From positions 1,050,047 to 1,114,046 of the forward strand of contig NW_003314304.1 in the NCBI RefSeq assembly GCF_000143415.4: a stretch of DNA of 64,000 bases. Reading direction: 5' to 3'. The notes under the pieces are model-generated. The model ran no database searches, had not been told where the DNA came from, and saw nothing but the letters and a program-made list of their open reading frames with translations. The position numbers and the translations under genes were made by a program. Source of the DNA: Selaginella moellendorffii (taxonomy: Eukaryota; Plantae; Lycopodiophyta). This document shows positions 50,900 to 64,000 of this stretch, one piece after another. Positions within the stretch are counted from its first letter, which is position 1; each line of letters begins with the position of its first letter.

Positions 50900-53800
50900 T
50901 GTAAAGAACCAACTCCCCAAGGTGTTGAAGGTTAAAAAATCCCTGAAAGCACGACCAAAATAATAAAGAGTTCATCAGATGAGATCGAGTCTAAGATCGA
51001 GTCAAGACCGACTCTAAGACCGAGTTTGAAACAGAGTCCAAGATCGAGTCCAAGACCGACTCTGAGACTGAGTTCAAGATCGAGTCCAAGACCAAGATCG
51101 AGACAGAGTCTGAGATTGAGTCTGAGACAAAGTTCGAGGTCAGGTCTGAGATCAAGTCCGAGATTAAGTCCGAGACTGAGTCCAAGATTTAGTCCGAGAT
51201 CGAGTTTGAGACTAAGTCCGAATACTAATATAGGTCGTGGGGTGAAAGCCCAAAGCATGTGTCTCCCAAGGGGGGAGGCAGGGGGATGCAGGGGGTTCCA
51301 AAAGTATAGTAGGGATAGTGAGGTCCAGGAACCAGTTTTGAAGGAACTCTCGAGTGGTGCTTCCAAACTAACTTGAGGTTGAGAGTGGGGCTTAGAGGCC
51401 TTGAGTGGGAGTGAGCATGGACTCGAGTGGTGCCGAAGAGGCCACTCAAGGAAGTGCTCAAAGCAGCTCCCACTCCAGGTAGGGAAACCAACTGTGGTGC
51501 TCCCAGCTCATGTGGAGTGATGCTTCATTTGAGTACCTTGCGGCTCATTGGTCCTCACCCCTTCCTAGGGACTTGGGCCTTCCCTTCAGGATGGAAGTGG
51601 GGGAGTAAAGGTACCCATATCAAGCCATTAGGCCACAGTGTTTCCCCTCGGTGCCCCGAAGCAAGTGTTTCACCCATGGTTTGGGATTTAAAGGGTCCCA
51701 TGATCAAGTCTTGTTGTACTAAGGGATGTTAGGAACCTGGAGGCTTTGTGTGCTTTCCTGCTTATGCTTGTGGGGAGTGTAGCCAAACCTTAAGTTTGAA
51801 GAGGATTAGAAGAGAATTTGAGAATCTATGGATGGATAGTTAATGCTTTATTGCTCATGTAGTGAGTTGCTGAAACCAAGTGGGACCAAATAGAAGCTAG
51901 TACAATAGGCAGGAACCTTGGCGAGGGAACTTAACTAAAGCCAAGGCTATAATGGTCTGATATACAAGGTAAGCTAGCAAATTGAAAAGGAAAAATTTAT
52001 GGCTTACAATTTTGTATCGGAGCATTTTCCTCAGTTCTAATGAAAGATAGAGGCGGATTGTTGGGAGATGGCAAAGGTAGGGCATAAAAGAACTAAGGCA
52101 GAAATAGAACCTCCTTCAGAGCTGGAGCCTCTAGTCGAACAAGAACCTATGAATGAGGAATCCTTGCATGAGGAGGATTCTAGTGATGAAACTTCCAAAT
52201 AGGAGTCCAATGGTGAAGTTTAGTTATCCAAGGCTCAAGTGGATGTTCTAGAAGGTCAATTGCCACAAACCAATGCCCTACTAGAGACTCTCGTATGCAA
52301 GTTAAAACGTGACAAGAAGTGGAAGAAAAAACAAAAGACTGCAGATATTGGCATAGACCCTTTGGTGAGAACTGAAGCGGAACCAAACAAGGTCAAACAA
52401 ACTAAAATGGAATTTATCCATTAAGCAGTTTCCAAATACAAACCAAAGCCCCCACTAGTCTTCAAAGGAGTGAATGACTATAAAGTGGTGAAGGATTGGT
52501 TTTACGATATAGAGGGTTACTTTTGAGTGTTGTGGTTACCGAGCTCGGAGAAGGTCCTATGTGCAAAACTATACATGGTAGATAATATTAAGTTTTGGTG
52601 GAGAACAACAAAGGCCAACAAAGGACTAGTGGCCACTTGAGAAATGATGAAAGCGAAGATCTACACAACTTACATTCCTCCGAATGCTACTCTACACCTA
52701 AGGGATGAGCTAAGTAGGTTAAAGTAGATTAGAACCATTCAAGAGTATGTGAATGCCTTTTTTAGCAAAAAGGATATTTATCATGGACATGGGGGATATT
52801 GATGCGTTCCATGCCTTCATATCAAGGTTGTAGACCTAGGCTTGAGGCAAGGTGATGCGTTGGAATCCGATCAACTACAAGGAACCATTGGATGCAGCTA
52901 TTAAGGTGTATTTCAATGATAACCTGTGAAAGGGGAACACAACGGGGTCAAAGTCCAAAAGGAGCCAAACGAAGGGGGATATATGGCAAAGGGAAATTCA
53001 GGAAGAGTTTCTCTAAGAATGAATCCTCAGAGTTTTAGAAACGCAGATCCGGTGGCCAATCAGCAAGTATGTAGGGGAGTCAAGCGAAAAGGGACAAACC
53101 CATGGATAAAAAAGTCAAGTCGGTTAGTAGTGTGGGAAATAATGTATGCTTCAAATGCAATAAAGCAAGATACTTTTCGAGAGAATGTCCTTACCCAAAG
53201 AAAGCCAAAGTCAATATAACCATTAAGTCGGGTGAAAACTAAATTGAGGTACGTGATCCAATCCCTAGCTCAAAGTTACTTATTATACGAGCAACTTTGG
53301 TAGAGAGTCGTTCGGGACATCTACTAACCTTTCGAGGGAAGTTCGAAGGTAGATTTGTTAAGATCCTTATTGATGCGAGTGGTTTGGATAATTTTGTGGC
53401 TGCAAATATAGTTTAGCAAGCCAGACTAACGATGTAGCGGCTGGGTGAACTAAGGACTATAGAGTTTGTTCAAGGTAGCCAAAGCACCGATGAGGTACTT
53501 TGACAAGCAAGAGTCAAAGTAGGGATATGGAAAATAAATATGGATTTCACTATATTGGACATGGTGGGATTTGATGTAATCTTTGGGATAAGTTGGTTTA
53601 ATCAATTTGTGGTAGCCCTATATGGACAAGGTAGTAGCTCAAGCGTAAATTGGAAGAGTTGATAGATAAATGTAATGCATGTGATCATAGGATGAAATTT
53701 GGATATATTGTCACTGTGGATCCTTGGAACCTTGGGGGATAAATACGGATAAAATAGCCACTAAGGGCTCTCTCATCAAGCAATTGCCCATTTTCCAATT

Positions 53801-56800
53801 AAATTAAGGGGAGATAGATATGTGGTATTGGAGCAAATGGCATGGGTTTGATTCCCATTGATTAGTGGCTACTTAAAAATATAATATACCCTTGAGTATA
53901 GTATATTCCTACCCTTAAATTTGAAATTGTACATATTGGGCATCCATGTATACGTCCTTCTTTTTGGTGGAGCATCCACACTTGTGGGATTGCAGTACAG
54001 GTGGATGACTAGTTGCCTCACATAAAATAGCTAGTCTACACAATAGAAGGATTGATAAATTTTCAAGACTCAACTAACTTCCTCTTACCAACAACTTCAC
54101 ATAAGTTCATCTCAATACAAATTTTTATGACCCAACAGTGTGCTAAGCATCAAATATCTTGCCCATATTTTCGACATCCAACACCAATATCCATGAAATG
54201 TAAAATGATCATCTAAAACTTGATCATAAAGACCATATCTTCAGATATCCATATTGCATTAACACTTTTCTTCAATCACCTTTAAGATCCAATGTAAAGC
54301 CAAAACACTAATAAGAAAAATGATATGAAAAATCAAGGTGTAAGGAAAATTCCTTATCATTCGAAATAACAATGCCACTTTTACTAACACAAGTGCTAGT
54401 GATGTCAATGCCTCAACTATACACCTTCTCCATCCAACAATCTACTATAAGTGCTAACAAATAAACCAAAAAAGCTATAACAAGTGAATGCTACAACCTT
54501 TTTCAACACCTCAATGGGCAAATTCTCAAGGAAACAAGATACCAACTTAAGCTTAGCATAATATATCACCATTGAGAATCCAGTCAAAGCTACTAAAATA
54601 TTACTACATGTAAGTAGACTAGCTTCTCCATTAACCACTTTGGGGTTGATTATCGTCTAACCAAGCAACTTCATAAATACATTACTTACTATCACATGGA
54701 TATGATATAAAATCACAATGACTTGATCATTAATCAAGCAATACCTCGAACATCGCATATGTCATTACTTCAAATGTTTATGTGGGTATCAAGTGTTAAC
54801 TCTATTTAAAAAAATGCAATATAAATGCCACACCCCACCAATAGAGATTTATAACACTTAACACCACTAACTTCGTTCACAACATAGACAAGCTTGTGTT
54901 ACTCTCTTTCCGACCAAACTCAAAACTAATCCAACACTAAGCTATCCCACAACTCACACAGCAGAAACGTGGTCTTGAAGCTTGTCATGAGGTAAGGCTA
55001 TCAAAGTTAGGGAAGTAGTTCCCGAGTGTTCAAAGAGAGAGTTTTGAACGAAAGTCCATGGTTAAGGACTTTCACGCTTGTGCATGAACCATGTTATAGT
55101 AGTCGGAGGCGAGGCTATCAAAGTTAGGGAAGTAGTTCCTGAGTGTTCAAAGAGAGGGCTTTGAATGAAAGTCTATGGTTAAGGACTTTCACGCTTGTGC
55201 ATGAACCATGTTATAGTGGTCAGATGACTTGTTAAGTGAGATTGGCAAGTCAGGATAACAAATACCCTAGTTGAAGTTACTAACTTCAAAAGGGGTGGCC
55301 CATAGGGCCAAGCATGGAGGAGTCCATGCATGATCATAGACATGTCAAGTGAGAGGACTTGGTAGTGCAAAGGAATTAAGTTCCTAAGTTGTGATCTTTA
55401 GTGCACTTTAAGTATAAATTGGTGCACTGGCACTAGGCATCTTGTGTGATGCCATCCATAGATGCATATACGGAGGTTGGGTTCGAGTCCTGACCCTCTA
55501 GTGCTGAGATGCAAGTCCCAACTCACTAGGGTGAGGTGATAGTTTGGAATATGAGGACATTCATTTTTCGGTAGTCATGGACTCTTAGTAAGGAGACTAG
55601 CTTGGGCACACTGCCAAGCAGGGGATGCCCCAAAGTTGTGATGCACGGTTAAATTGTTGAGTATGAAAGTTCAGTATATTTAACTTGAACACTTTGGTGC
55701 AAGTGGCACCAAGGACATGGTGAATGAGATGGGGACACCCAGTCTCAGTTGCTATGGACCCTTGGCCAGAAAGGCTGGCTTGGGCACATTGCCAAGTGTG
55801 GGGGATGCCCCCGAGGTCATGGTCAACAGCTTAAAAGTCTAGAAGACCTAATACCACCTATTAAGGTGCCAAGATGAGATCACTAGGCAATCTTGTGGTT
55901 AATTAAAGACAAAGTCCTTGTTTGGGTAAAGAATAAGGTTCTTAGTTCAAATTATTAATTTGAACTAATGATAATGGTGTGGCTTGATTAAGATGACCAA
56001 GTGAGAAGAACACTTAAGGGAAATGAGTTATGTCAATGCGATGGTATAATGAGTCTAAAGAAAGTAGTCTCTATGAGAGACTTATGGGAGGGTCACAAAG
56101 TTGGGTTGTGAATGGAGCCCATAGCAAAAAATGCTAAAGAAATCTACTAGGGGTGATCACCTTTTGGACTTGGCAAAGTGGAGTTTTTACCGTGGAATCG
56201 AAAGAATACCTCAAAGATAGAGATAGTGATCTTATGTTGCTTGGTGCAATAATCAATAGATAGGAATAAAAAACTAATGGCTAAAAAAAAAAGCCATGGG
56301 AATCATGGGACAAGACCCAAATGGCAAAGTTAAGCCAGGAACACTAATGTGTTGGATGCTAATGGATTGTGGGAAAGCAATGTGTTTCCAAGGATGGATT
56401 CCTAAATTGCTCTGACTTGGCGAAGGTGGAAGCTCCAAAGGAAGGAGAAGTAAAGTAACCAAATGATAGGGTCATAGATAGCCTTAGCACAAATTATAAT
56501 AATTGGAACTTCATGTCAAAGGTGGCATAAAATAGAAAAGAGGATGATGGTGCCCTCAAGTCAAGAACTTCTTAGGATAGCGAAGTGGAGTTGCATAAAA
56601 TGTGCAATGCAAGGTGTTGGAGACACCTAAAAAATTGACTTCGAGAAGTTAAAATTAAAAGTTCCAAAGTGCAAAGGTTATATCAATGGGAACTGAGATT
56701 ACTCGAGAATGAGTAGTGGGATTGAGATAGAGAAGGTGTCTTTAACAGATTTAGCAAGAACTAAACCAATAAAAGAAACCACAAATGATCGAATAAGTCT

Positions 56801-59800
56801 CTAAGTTGGAGAGATTATGCTCCTTAGAGGATGGACAAGGCATAATAAGCCTTTGATGTCAAACCATTGATGAATATTAGCTAGATGCCAAGGATGGACA
56901 AGGCATGGTGAGCCTTTGATGTCAAACCATTGATGAATATTAGCTAGATGCTAAGGATGGAAAAGGTAATACTTTATAAAATAGTTTATCATAATAGTTT
57001 ACTTCATCTATGGGTGGTGGAGTAAAGTGATGGGGCTGTAGGAGGTTCCAAAAGTATAGTAGAGAGAGTGTGGGGGTTGGATCCAGTGGAGCCAGTTTGG
57101 CCTAGGAAGGCTATACCCAAGTGTTGGGTGATGAGATAACCACTAGGAGTCCAAGGCTAGAGTGAATACGGACTGACAAGTGGGGTAGCTTGGTGAAGTG
57201 TTCAAGAGTCGGCTATAGTTCCCCCGGGAGATCGAATGGTCAATGCTCTCAATCCAAGCCTGGGTGGCACTACCTACTTGGATACCTGATGTGGCTCAAT
57301 GGAACCTCGCTCTAAGCCCACGGCCAGAGCACCCAAAGGCGGAAGGTGAGGAGAGTACCCATGAGGCCCACAGTGTTCCGAAATGTTGTCCCAAAGTCCC
57401 GGACTGTGGAAACGAAGAGAAATAGTCCTTTGGTGTGGTGATCAAGGATACGGTCACACGGTGAGGAAGTCCCAGAGGATAGTTGGACTTGGTGGTCGGG
57501 CCTGTGGGCCTTGATCTAGGGGTAGTATTGGCAAACACGGCCATAGACAGAAAGGCACTTGGTGGGGACTGTAAAAGGGATATTGGGGAAGGCTGTACCC
57601 CATGTCTACGGGCATTCTAAGGATGCTAAGAAGTGGATTTGGGATGATCACTCATGGATGGATGGCCTAGTCTTTGAGAGACAGGACTGTGATGTAGATG
57701 GTGTTAGACCACCGGTGTGACCAAGGTGAATGAGCATGGCCTTAGCGTAACGGGCTGATATGTCAGTGGTACCTTGGGGTGCCGGTCATGGAATCGGACA
57801 CGTGGAGCACTTGGACCAAGTGCAAAGGTTGAGTGGTATAGATGCCATTCTTGGGGCTAGCAAGCCCCAAGTCTTGAATTGGAGTTGTGGAGGTTTTGAG
57901 AGAGACTCCTCCGAGTGGTCAGAGGTGTGGTTAAGTGACTAAAGTAGAATGGAAAATTTAATCGCTTACAAGAGGAAGATATCGAGAAGACAATCTGTCG
58001 GACAAGGTATGGGAGCTTTGAGTTTCTGATAATGCCATTTGGGTTGTGCAATGCACCAACAATGTTTTCAGCACTAATAAACCACATTTTTGTACCCTAT
58101 CTGGATCACTTCATAATTGTCTATATTGACAACATCCTGATCTATAGTAGAGGAGCATGTTGAACACTTGACAAAGGTGTTTGAAAAATTAAGAGAACAC
58201 AAGTTGTGGACTAAAGAGAGCAAATATGACTTTGCTCAACAAAAGGTAAAATTTCTCAAGCATGTGGTGGGCAAAGACGAGCTCAAGGTGAACCTTGAGA
58301 AGGTCCAAGTGATTCAGGAATAGGAGTGATCATCGAATGTACAAGAGTTGAGGGCGTTCTTAGGACTATGCAATTACTACCGAAAGTTTATTAAATACTA
58401 TTCAAAAGTATCCTTATCTTTAATGGAGCAAACAAGAAAAAGGAAGATGGTATGGACAGCGGAATGCGAGACGACATTTATCCACCTCAAAAGGAAGTTG
58501 AGGAAGATTCATGTGTTGGTATTACCAGACTTTTGTAAGGACTTCAAGGTAGAAATGGACATTTCAGACTTTGTGTTGGGTGCAGTTTTGAAGCAAGACA
58601 ACCATTCAGTGGCATTCTTTTCGAAGAAATTGAACAAGGCTCTGCAAAAATGGCCTACCCACAAGAAGGAATTATTTGCGGTGGACAAGGCACTCAAGGA
58701 GTGGCGACACTACCTTAGGAGGCACTTCAAAGTTTACACAGATAATGTGGCAATGAAATACTTCTTGTCATAGCTCAACCTAAGAGGAAAACAAAGGTAG
58801 TGGGTCAATGCTTTGACTGAGTTTAATTGTGAGATTCTATATAAACATAGGAAGAGCAACATCATGGTAGATGCTATAAGTCAAAAAGCAAGCTTGAAGT
58901 TGGTGATATCTAGCGCTACAAAAACCTTTGGGATGATGTGCAAACAACATATGAGAACGATTGTCTAGCACAAGATGTGTTGCTAAGGAACCAAGAGGCA
59001 TAAGATGCTCACCAAAGATGTGAGCTGCCAATGGAAGAGAAAATAGGTTATGCAAAACGCAATAGACTTATTTATTATAAATAAACGAGGGTGTATGTTC
59101 TAGAAGGGGAACTAAGGAAGGTAGCTTTAGAAAAGTGTCATAATGGACCTTTTGTAGGATATAGCAGAGTGCCCAAGACGATGGGCTTACTCAAAAGGAA
59201 GTATCACTGGCTAAACATGGTTAAGAATATCCAAAACTATGTAAAGATATGTCCAACGTGTTAGCAAGTCAAAGCCGTGACTAAGGTTAGTGGGGGCTTG
59301 TTACAAAGCATTCCAATTCCAGATCATCCGTGGAAATGTTTTACAATGGACTTTATCATGTGACTCCCCCGAAGTGAGGGGTTTGATGCGATATTCGTGA
59401 TGGTGGACCGATTTTCAAAGATGACACATTTCATACCCACCACAATAGAAGTGGATGTGGAAGGTGTGGCAAAGCTATTCTTCAACCAAGTGGTTCAAGT
59501 GTGGGGAAGGCCAAAGAGATTATCTCAGATTGAGATAAGATCTTCATCAATAGGTTCTAGAGAACTCTTTTGGAATAGTATTGCACCAAGTTGAAATTCA
59601 ACACAGCTTATCACCCATAGATAGGTATTGGGTATCCAATCAAGTTTGATGGCAATAGCACTTATTGACAAATGGATAAACTAAAAGGGTAAATAGGCAG
59701 CTGGAGGATTATTTGTGATGCTATGTCTCTAGAGACCAAACCGATTGGGTAAGTTATTTGGCACTTGTAGAAATGTGCTATATCAACTCACCACATTCAA

Positions 59801-61977
59801 ATATCGAGGTGAGTCCATGAGAAGTCATCAATGGGCGAGCTATTAAATGTCATGTGGAACTCGGCATAGCCGAGTATCATGGAGAGTTACATGCAATAGA
59901 GGTGTTCATGGTAAAAAGACTCAACATTTGAAATTTAGTGAGGGATTCCTAGGAATAGGCTCAACAAAGGCAAACCAAGTATGCGAACTAGAAACGCTGA
60001 GACGTAAAGTTACAACCTGGGGAGAAGGTGTGGCTGAACACCAAGAACCTAAAGTTACCAAGTGGAATTAGCCAGAAGTTGACCCAAAGGTAAAAATGCA
60101 TATATTCTTAGAAATGAATTGATCTTGAGTTCCTTAAGTAGGTTTGAGGGGCCTTATGATATTGAGGCTCAAATTGGTAAAATGGCTTACTAACTCCAAC
60201 TTCCTTGAGAGATGGGGCAGATGCACCATATATTCCATGTGAACTTGCTTAAGCTGTACTTTGAGGATACCAAATAAGACTTTTACCCGAGGTTATCCAA
60301 GAGGAAGAGGAATATGAAGTCGAGGCCATCCTCAATGCGCACAAGAGCAAGCAATAAAGACAAGAAGTGAGGGAGTTCTATGTGAAGTGGAACAGATTTC
60401 CACACTACAAAGCAACATAGGAATCAGAGGAAAACCTAGCGAACGAGCAAGACCTAGTGGAAGAATTTTTGCAACGTAAAACTCTATGTACCTATGCAAA
60501 GTTTAATTAAAGCATCAATTTGTGAAATTGAGTAATGGCATATGTTGGGACCCGAAGGTAAACTAATTAACATGGGTTAGCTAAATCAACCAAGCATAGG
60601 GAATTGACTCCTCATGAGTATATCGAATCCGTAGACGTATTTTACAAAGGTTGAGTTTGAGTCCCAACCCCCTAGTAAAGCAAGGCTAAGTTCAAGTCCC
60701 AACCCTATACTAGGGTGCAATGAGGGGAGGGGTATAGGGACACATATATTCTATTGTCATGGGCTCTTGGCTGGGGAGGCTAACTTAAGCACACCGCTAA
60801 ATAGCATGATGCCCCTAAAGATATGGTCAACAAGTCATAGGATTAAAAAGAGACATTGATATAGGCATTGAACTTTTTCTATAGGTGGTGGAGTTCTAAA
60901 GAACCAACTCCCTAAGGTGTCAAAGGCTAAAGGATCTTTAAAAGCACAACCAAAATGATAAAGAGTTCACTGGACAAGATCGACTCTAAGACCGAGTCTG
61001 AGATCGAGTCCAAGACTGACACCAAGACCGAGTTTGAGACCGAGATTGAGACCAAGACCGAGATTGAGTCTAAGATCTGAGATTGGGTCCGAGACCGAGT
61101 CCGAGATCGAGTCCGAGATCGAGTTCGAGACAGAGTCCGAGGTCAGGTTCGAGATCGAGTCTGAGACCGAGTCCAAGGTCTAGTCTAAAATTGAGTCTGA
61201 CACCGAGTCCAAATACTAATACAAGTCATAGGGTGAAAACACAAAGCATGTGTCTCTCAAGGGGGGAGGCAGGGGGATGCAGGGGGTTCCAAAAGTATAG
61301 TAGGGATAATGAGATCTAGGAACCAGTCTTGAAGGAACTCTTTAATAATGCTTCCAAATTAACTTGAGGTTGAGACTAGGGCTTAGGGGCCTTGGGTGGG
61401 AATGAGCATGGACTCGGGTGGTGCTGGAGGGGCCACCCAAAGAAGTGCTCAAAAGCAATTCCCACTCTAAGTAGGGAAACCAATTGTGGTGTTCTCGGCT
61501 CATGTGGAGTGATGCCCATTTAAGTACCTTCCTAGAGGCTTGGGCCTTCCCTTCAAGATAGAAGTGGAGGAGTAGAAGTACCTATACTAGGCCATTAGGC
61601 CATGATGTTTCGCTCTGATGCCCCGAAGTAAGTGTTACACTCAAGCCTTGGGATTTAAAGGGTCTCATGATCAAGTTTTGTTGTACTAAAGGATGTTAGG
61701 AACTTGGAGGCTTGGTGTGCTTGGTTGCTTGTGCTTACGGGGTGAGTAGTATTCAGACCCTTTAGGTTCGATTCCACCTCCCCGGAGGCGCTTGCGACAG
61801 AACTCGCCAAGCCGCTGAGGTCCGGGGATCGTCCAATCCCTTGCTGATGGCGTGCGTTCTTGACACCGAGCGGCAGCTTGCACCGCCTTGCGAGGGAAAA
61901 CACATAATGCCCAGGCCGTGGTGGTTGGATAAACTAAATAAGCTAACAAATTGAAAAGGAAACATTTATGGTTTACA
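50900..61977 (+). mobile_element. Full-length decayed Ty3/gypsy chromovirus family A with nested insertions
   Basis: LTRs 50900-52008 and 60895-61977; 5-bp TSD TGTTG both sides; PBS remnant at ~52012; gag-PR 52060-53640; RT-RH-IN-chromo 57970-60480. Confidence 0.88.
53700..57969. mobile_element. Nested decayed insertions ending in a family B LTR (~57040-57969)
   Basis: Homology to ~10330-11050 and 6000-6910 (both inverted); tandem duplications at 54996-55220 and 56831-56960. Confidence 0.55.
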
Positions 61978-63699
61978 TGTTGATGATGATTAATATTTTG
62001 GTTTGTTGATAATGATGTTATCCTTGTAAGCAAGATGTCCATGATTTGATGAAAAAAGTGACTATTCAAGGTTAAATGTAACAATGGCTAAAATTTTGGC
62101 TTTGTTGATAACGATCCCATCCTTCCAAATAAGGTGTCTAAATAAGACTTTTGATTTAATGAAGAAAAAATGCATTTTTCAAGATTGAGTGTGATGATGG
62201 CTAAAGTTTTTGTTTTGCTGATGAGGATGCCAAATGAAATATCAAATTTCTTTTTGTACCCAATAACAATGGTCTATATAAAAACCTTGACCTCAAATTT
62301 TGCTCATTAAATATTTATAGTATATAATTTTTATTTAAAGTTGGACTTCTAATTTGACGAAGAAAGTGCATTTTTCAAAATTGAGTGTGACATTATTTTG
62401 TATGCACTTAAAGAAACATTTCTCTAAGTGTTAGTGTTTAGGCCAAAAAAGCTAAAATCAGCTATGAAGATACATATAAAGTATAAAATATTATTTAAAA
62501 GTGTTAGCTATGAAAAGTGAATGGAACTTTCATTAACTAGAAGGGCATGCAAAAATATGCATAGGACTGATGAATAAAGTTTTGTATTGGTCTTTAGGAG
62601 TAATATGAATTTGATTATAGCCTAAAAATCTGTTGAAGAAAAAGTATATCTCTTGCCTAGCTACAACATCAAGTATTTTATCAAAGAAAGAGATTGTGGA
62701 TACATCTTTCTTTGTGGCACTATTGAGTTTCTTATACCTATTTCAATTTTAAAGATTTTCATTTTTCTTTGGGACAATGACTAATAGAGTGAGCCATTGT
62801 ACTGTATATCAAATAAATGAAGCCCACATTTTAAAATTTGGGAATTTCTTGTTTAACTGGAGCTACAAAGTTTGGATTCATGTGATATATTTTTGGGTAC
62901 TACTTAAAAAAAAGCTTGATGCGATGCATATAATATTCTAGTGGTACTCTATGTAAATCCTAGTATGACCATGTAAAGATATTTTTGTATTAGCTAAATA
63001 GCTCAATTACTTTTTTTCTGAATGTTTATCGAGGTCTTTAGCTATGATGAGCTTTTGTGGATTATCATAGGTGCCTAAGTTAATTTCTTCAGTCAATTTA
63101 TCAAGAGTAATGGACCGAATTAATCAATTTGTTTGGTGAATGTTAGTTTTTCATCAAGGTAGATATATTGTTTGGTTGGTTGTAGTTGTTCTAGTTTGAT
63201 AGCTGGACAATCATGTTGCTTTTGTATTTTTGCAAAGTGTGTTTTTTATTAGAGATGGTTCATTTGTGTTTTTCTTAAGTTCTTTTTCTTAAATGGTATT
63301 TTCAAGTTTACAGTCTTGATTTAATTTTAAATATTGAGTCTTGATTGGTATTTCTAACTTTACAATCTTGACTTCTATAGTTAGATTTAGGATCAAGTGG
63401 GGATATTAATCTTTATTGAGTGGTTTGAGCTCTAGCAAAGTTTTAAGAAGTTGAGTTTTTCATAATTTTTAGTCCTTTACACCAATTTTAATGCTCTCTT
63501 TTTGTAGAATGGTAATATGTTTCACTAGTAATGTTGAGATTTGTGTTCATCTTTTATATTATTTAAAAGAATTTTTTTTTAAATGGTATTAAATAAATGT
63601 AGTAACTTTAAGCTATGTTAGCTTAACAGATCTTATATGTAGTTCGTCTTTGTCATTTAAGGACAACAAATTATCTGTATCATACTCTCACTTGATAGA

Positions 63700-63799
63700 N
63701 NNNNNNNNNNNNNNNNNNNNNNNNNNNNNNNNNNNNNNNNNNNNNNNNNNNNNNNNNNNNNNNNNNNNNNNNNNNNNNNNNNNNNNNNNNNNNNNNNNN
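63700..63799. other. Assembly gap
   Basis: Run of 100 N. Confidence 0.99.
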
Positions 63800-64000
63800 G
63801 TACTAGTTGTATTAATCATAATCCTATTGCTTTTCAGAGTGAGTATTCAATGATATTGACACCTCACTATTTTGGTCATTAGAACTATTTTGAATTTTGT
63901 TCTTACTATCTCAATTAGGACACATAGTCACTATCATAGTCTTTAACCTCTATTATAGAGGTTGGATGTTAAGTTGATAGAGTGGGTGTCATTTCGTTCT

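Noticed and set aside
61750-61790. tRNA gene
   Set aside because: Only a T-loop-like motif; I could not build a cloverleaf or find an A-box
63650-63853. 67-aa ORF
   Set aside because: Spans the N gap

Overview
Repeat-rich eukaryotic DNA, most likely from a non-seed land plant (TTTAGGG telo-boxes, ~50-nt GT-AG introns, a self-priming chromovirus, CG/CHG-type C>T decay; organism is inferred). It is a stack of decayed Ty3/gypsy LTR retrotransposons plus two tandem secreted bulb-type (GNA-like) lectin genes. The main object is a ~12.5-kb cut-and-paste DNA transposon present as two independent, oppositely oriented insertions (11841-24516 and 29537-41961), with ~25-bp TIRs starting AAGCT and 4-bp TSDs. 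It encodes, divergently, a Sola-like DDD transposase and a reconstructable ~1,600-aa multi-exon protein: ParB/Srx-like domain, degenerate N6/N4 DNA-methyltransferase-like fold, acidic and repeat linker, FCP1-type HAD phosphatase. About 26 copies of a fixed-spacing 22-bp palindrome, ATGGCRTG-N6-CAYGCCAT, run through the element (subtermini, promoter, introns, coding exons); I did not find full sites outside it. The CpG-rich central promoter is almost identical between copies while both genes are riddled with deamination-type mutations. Together this suggests, as a hypothesis, a transposon-encoded ParB/parS-like self-recognition or anti-silencing system. All domain calls come from motif reading by eye, not database searches.
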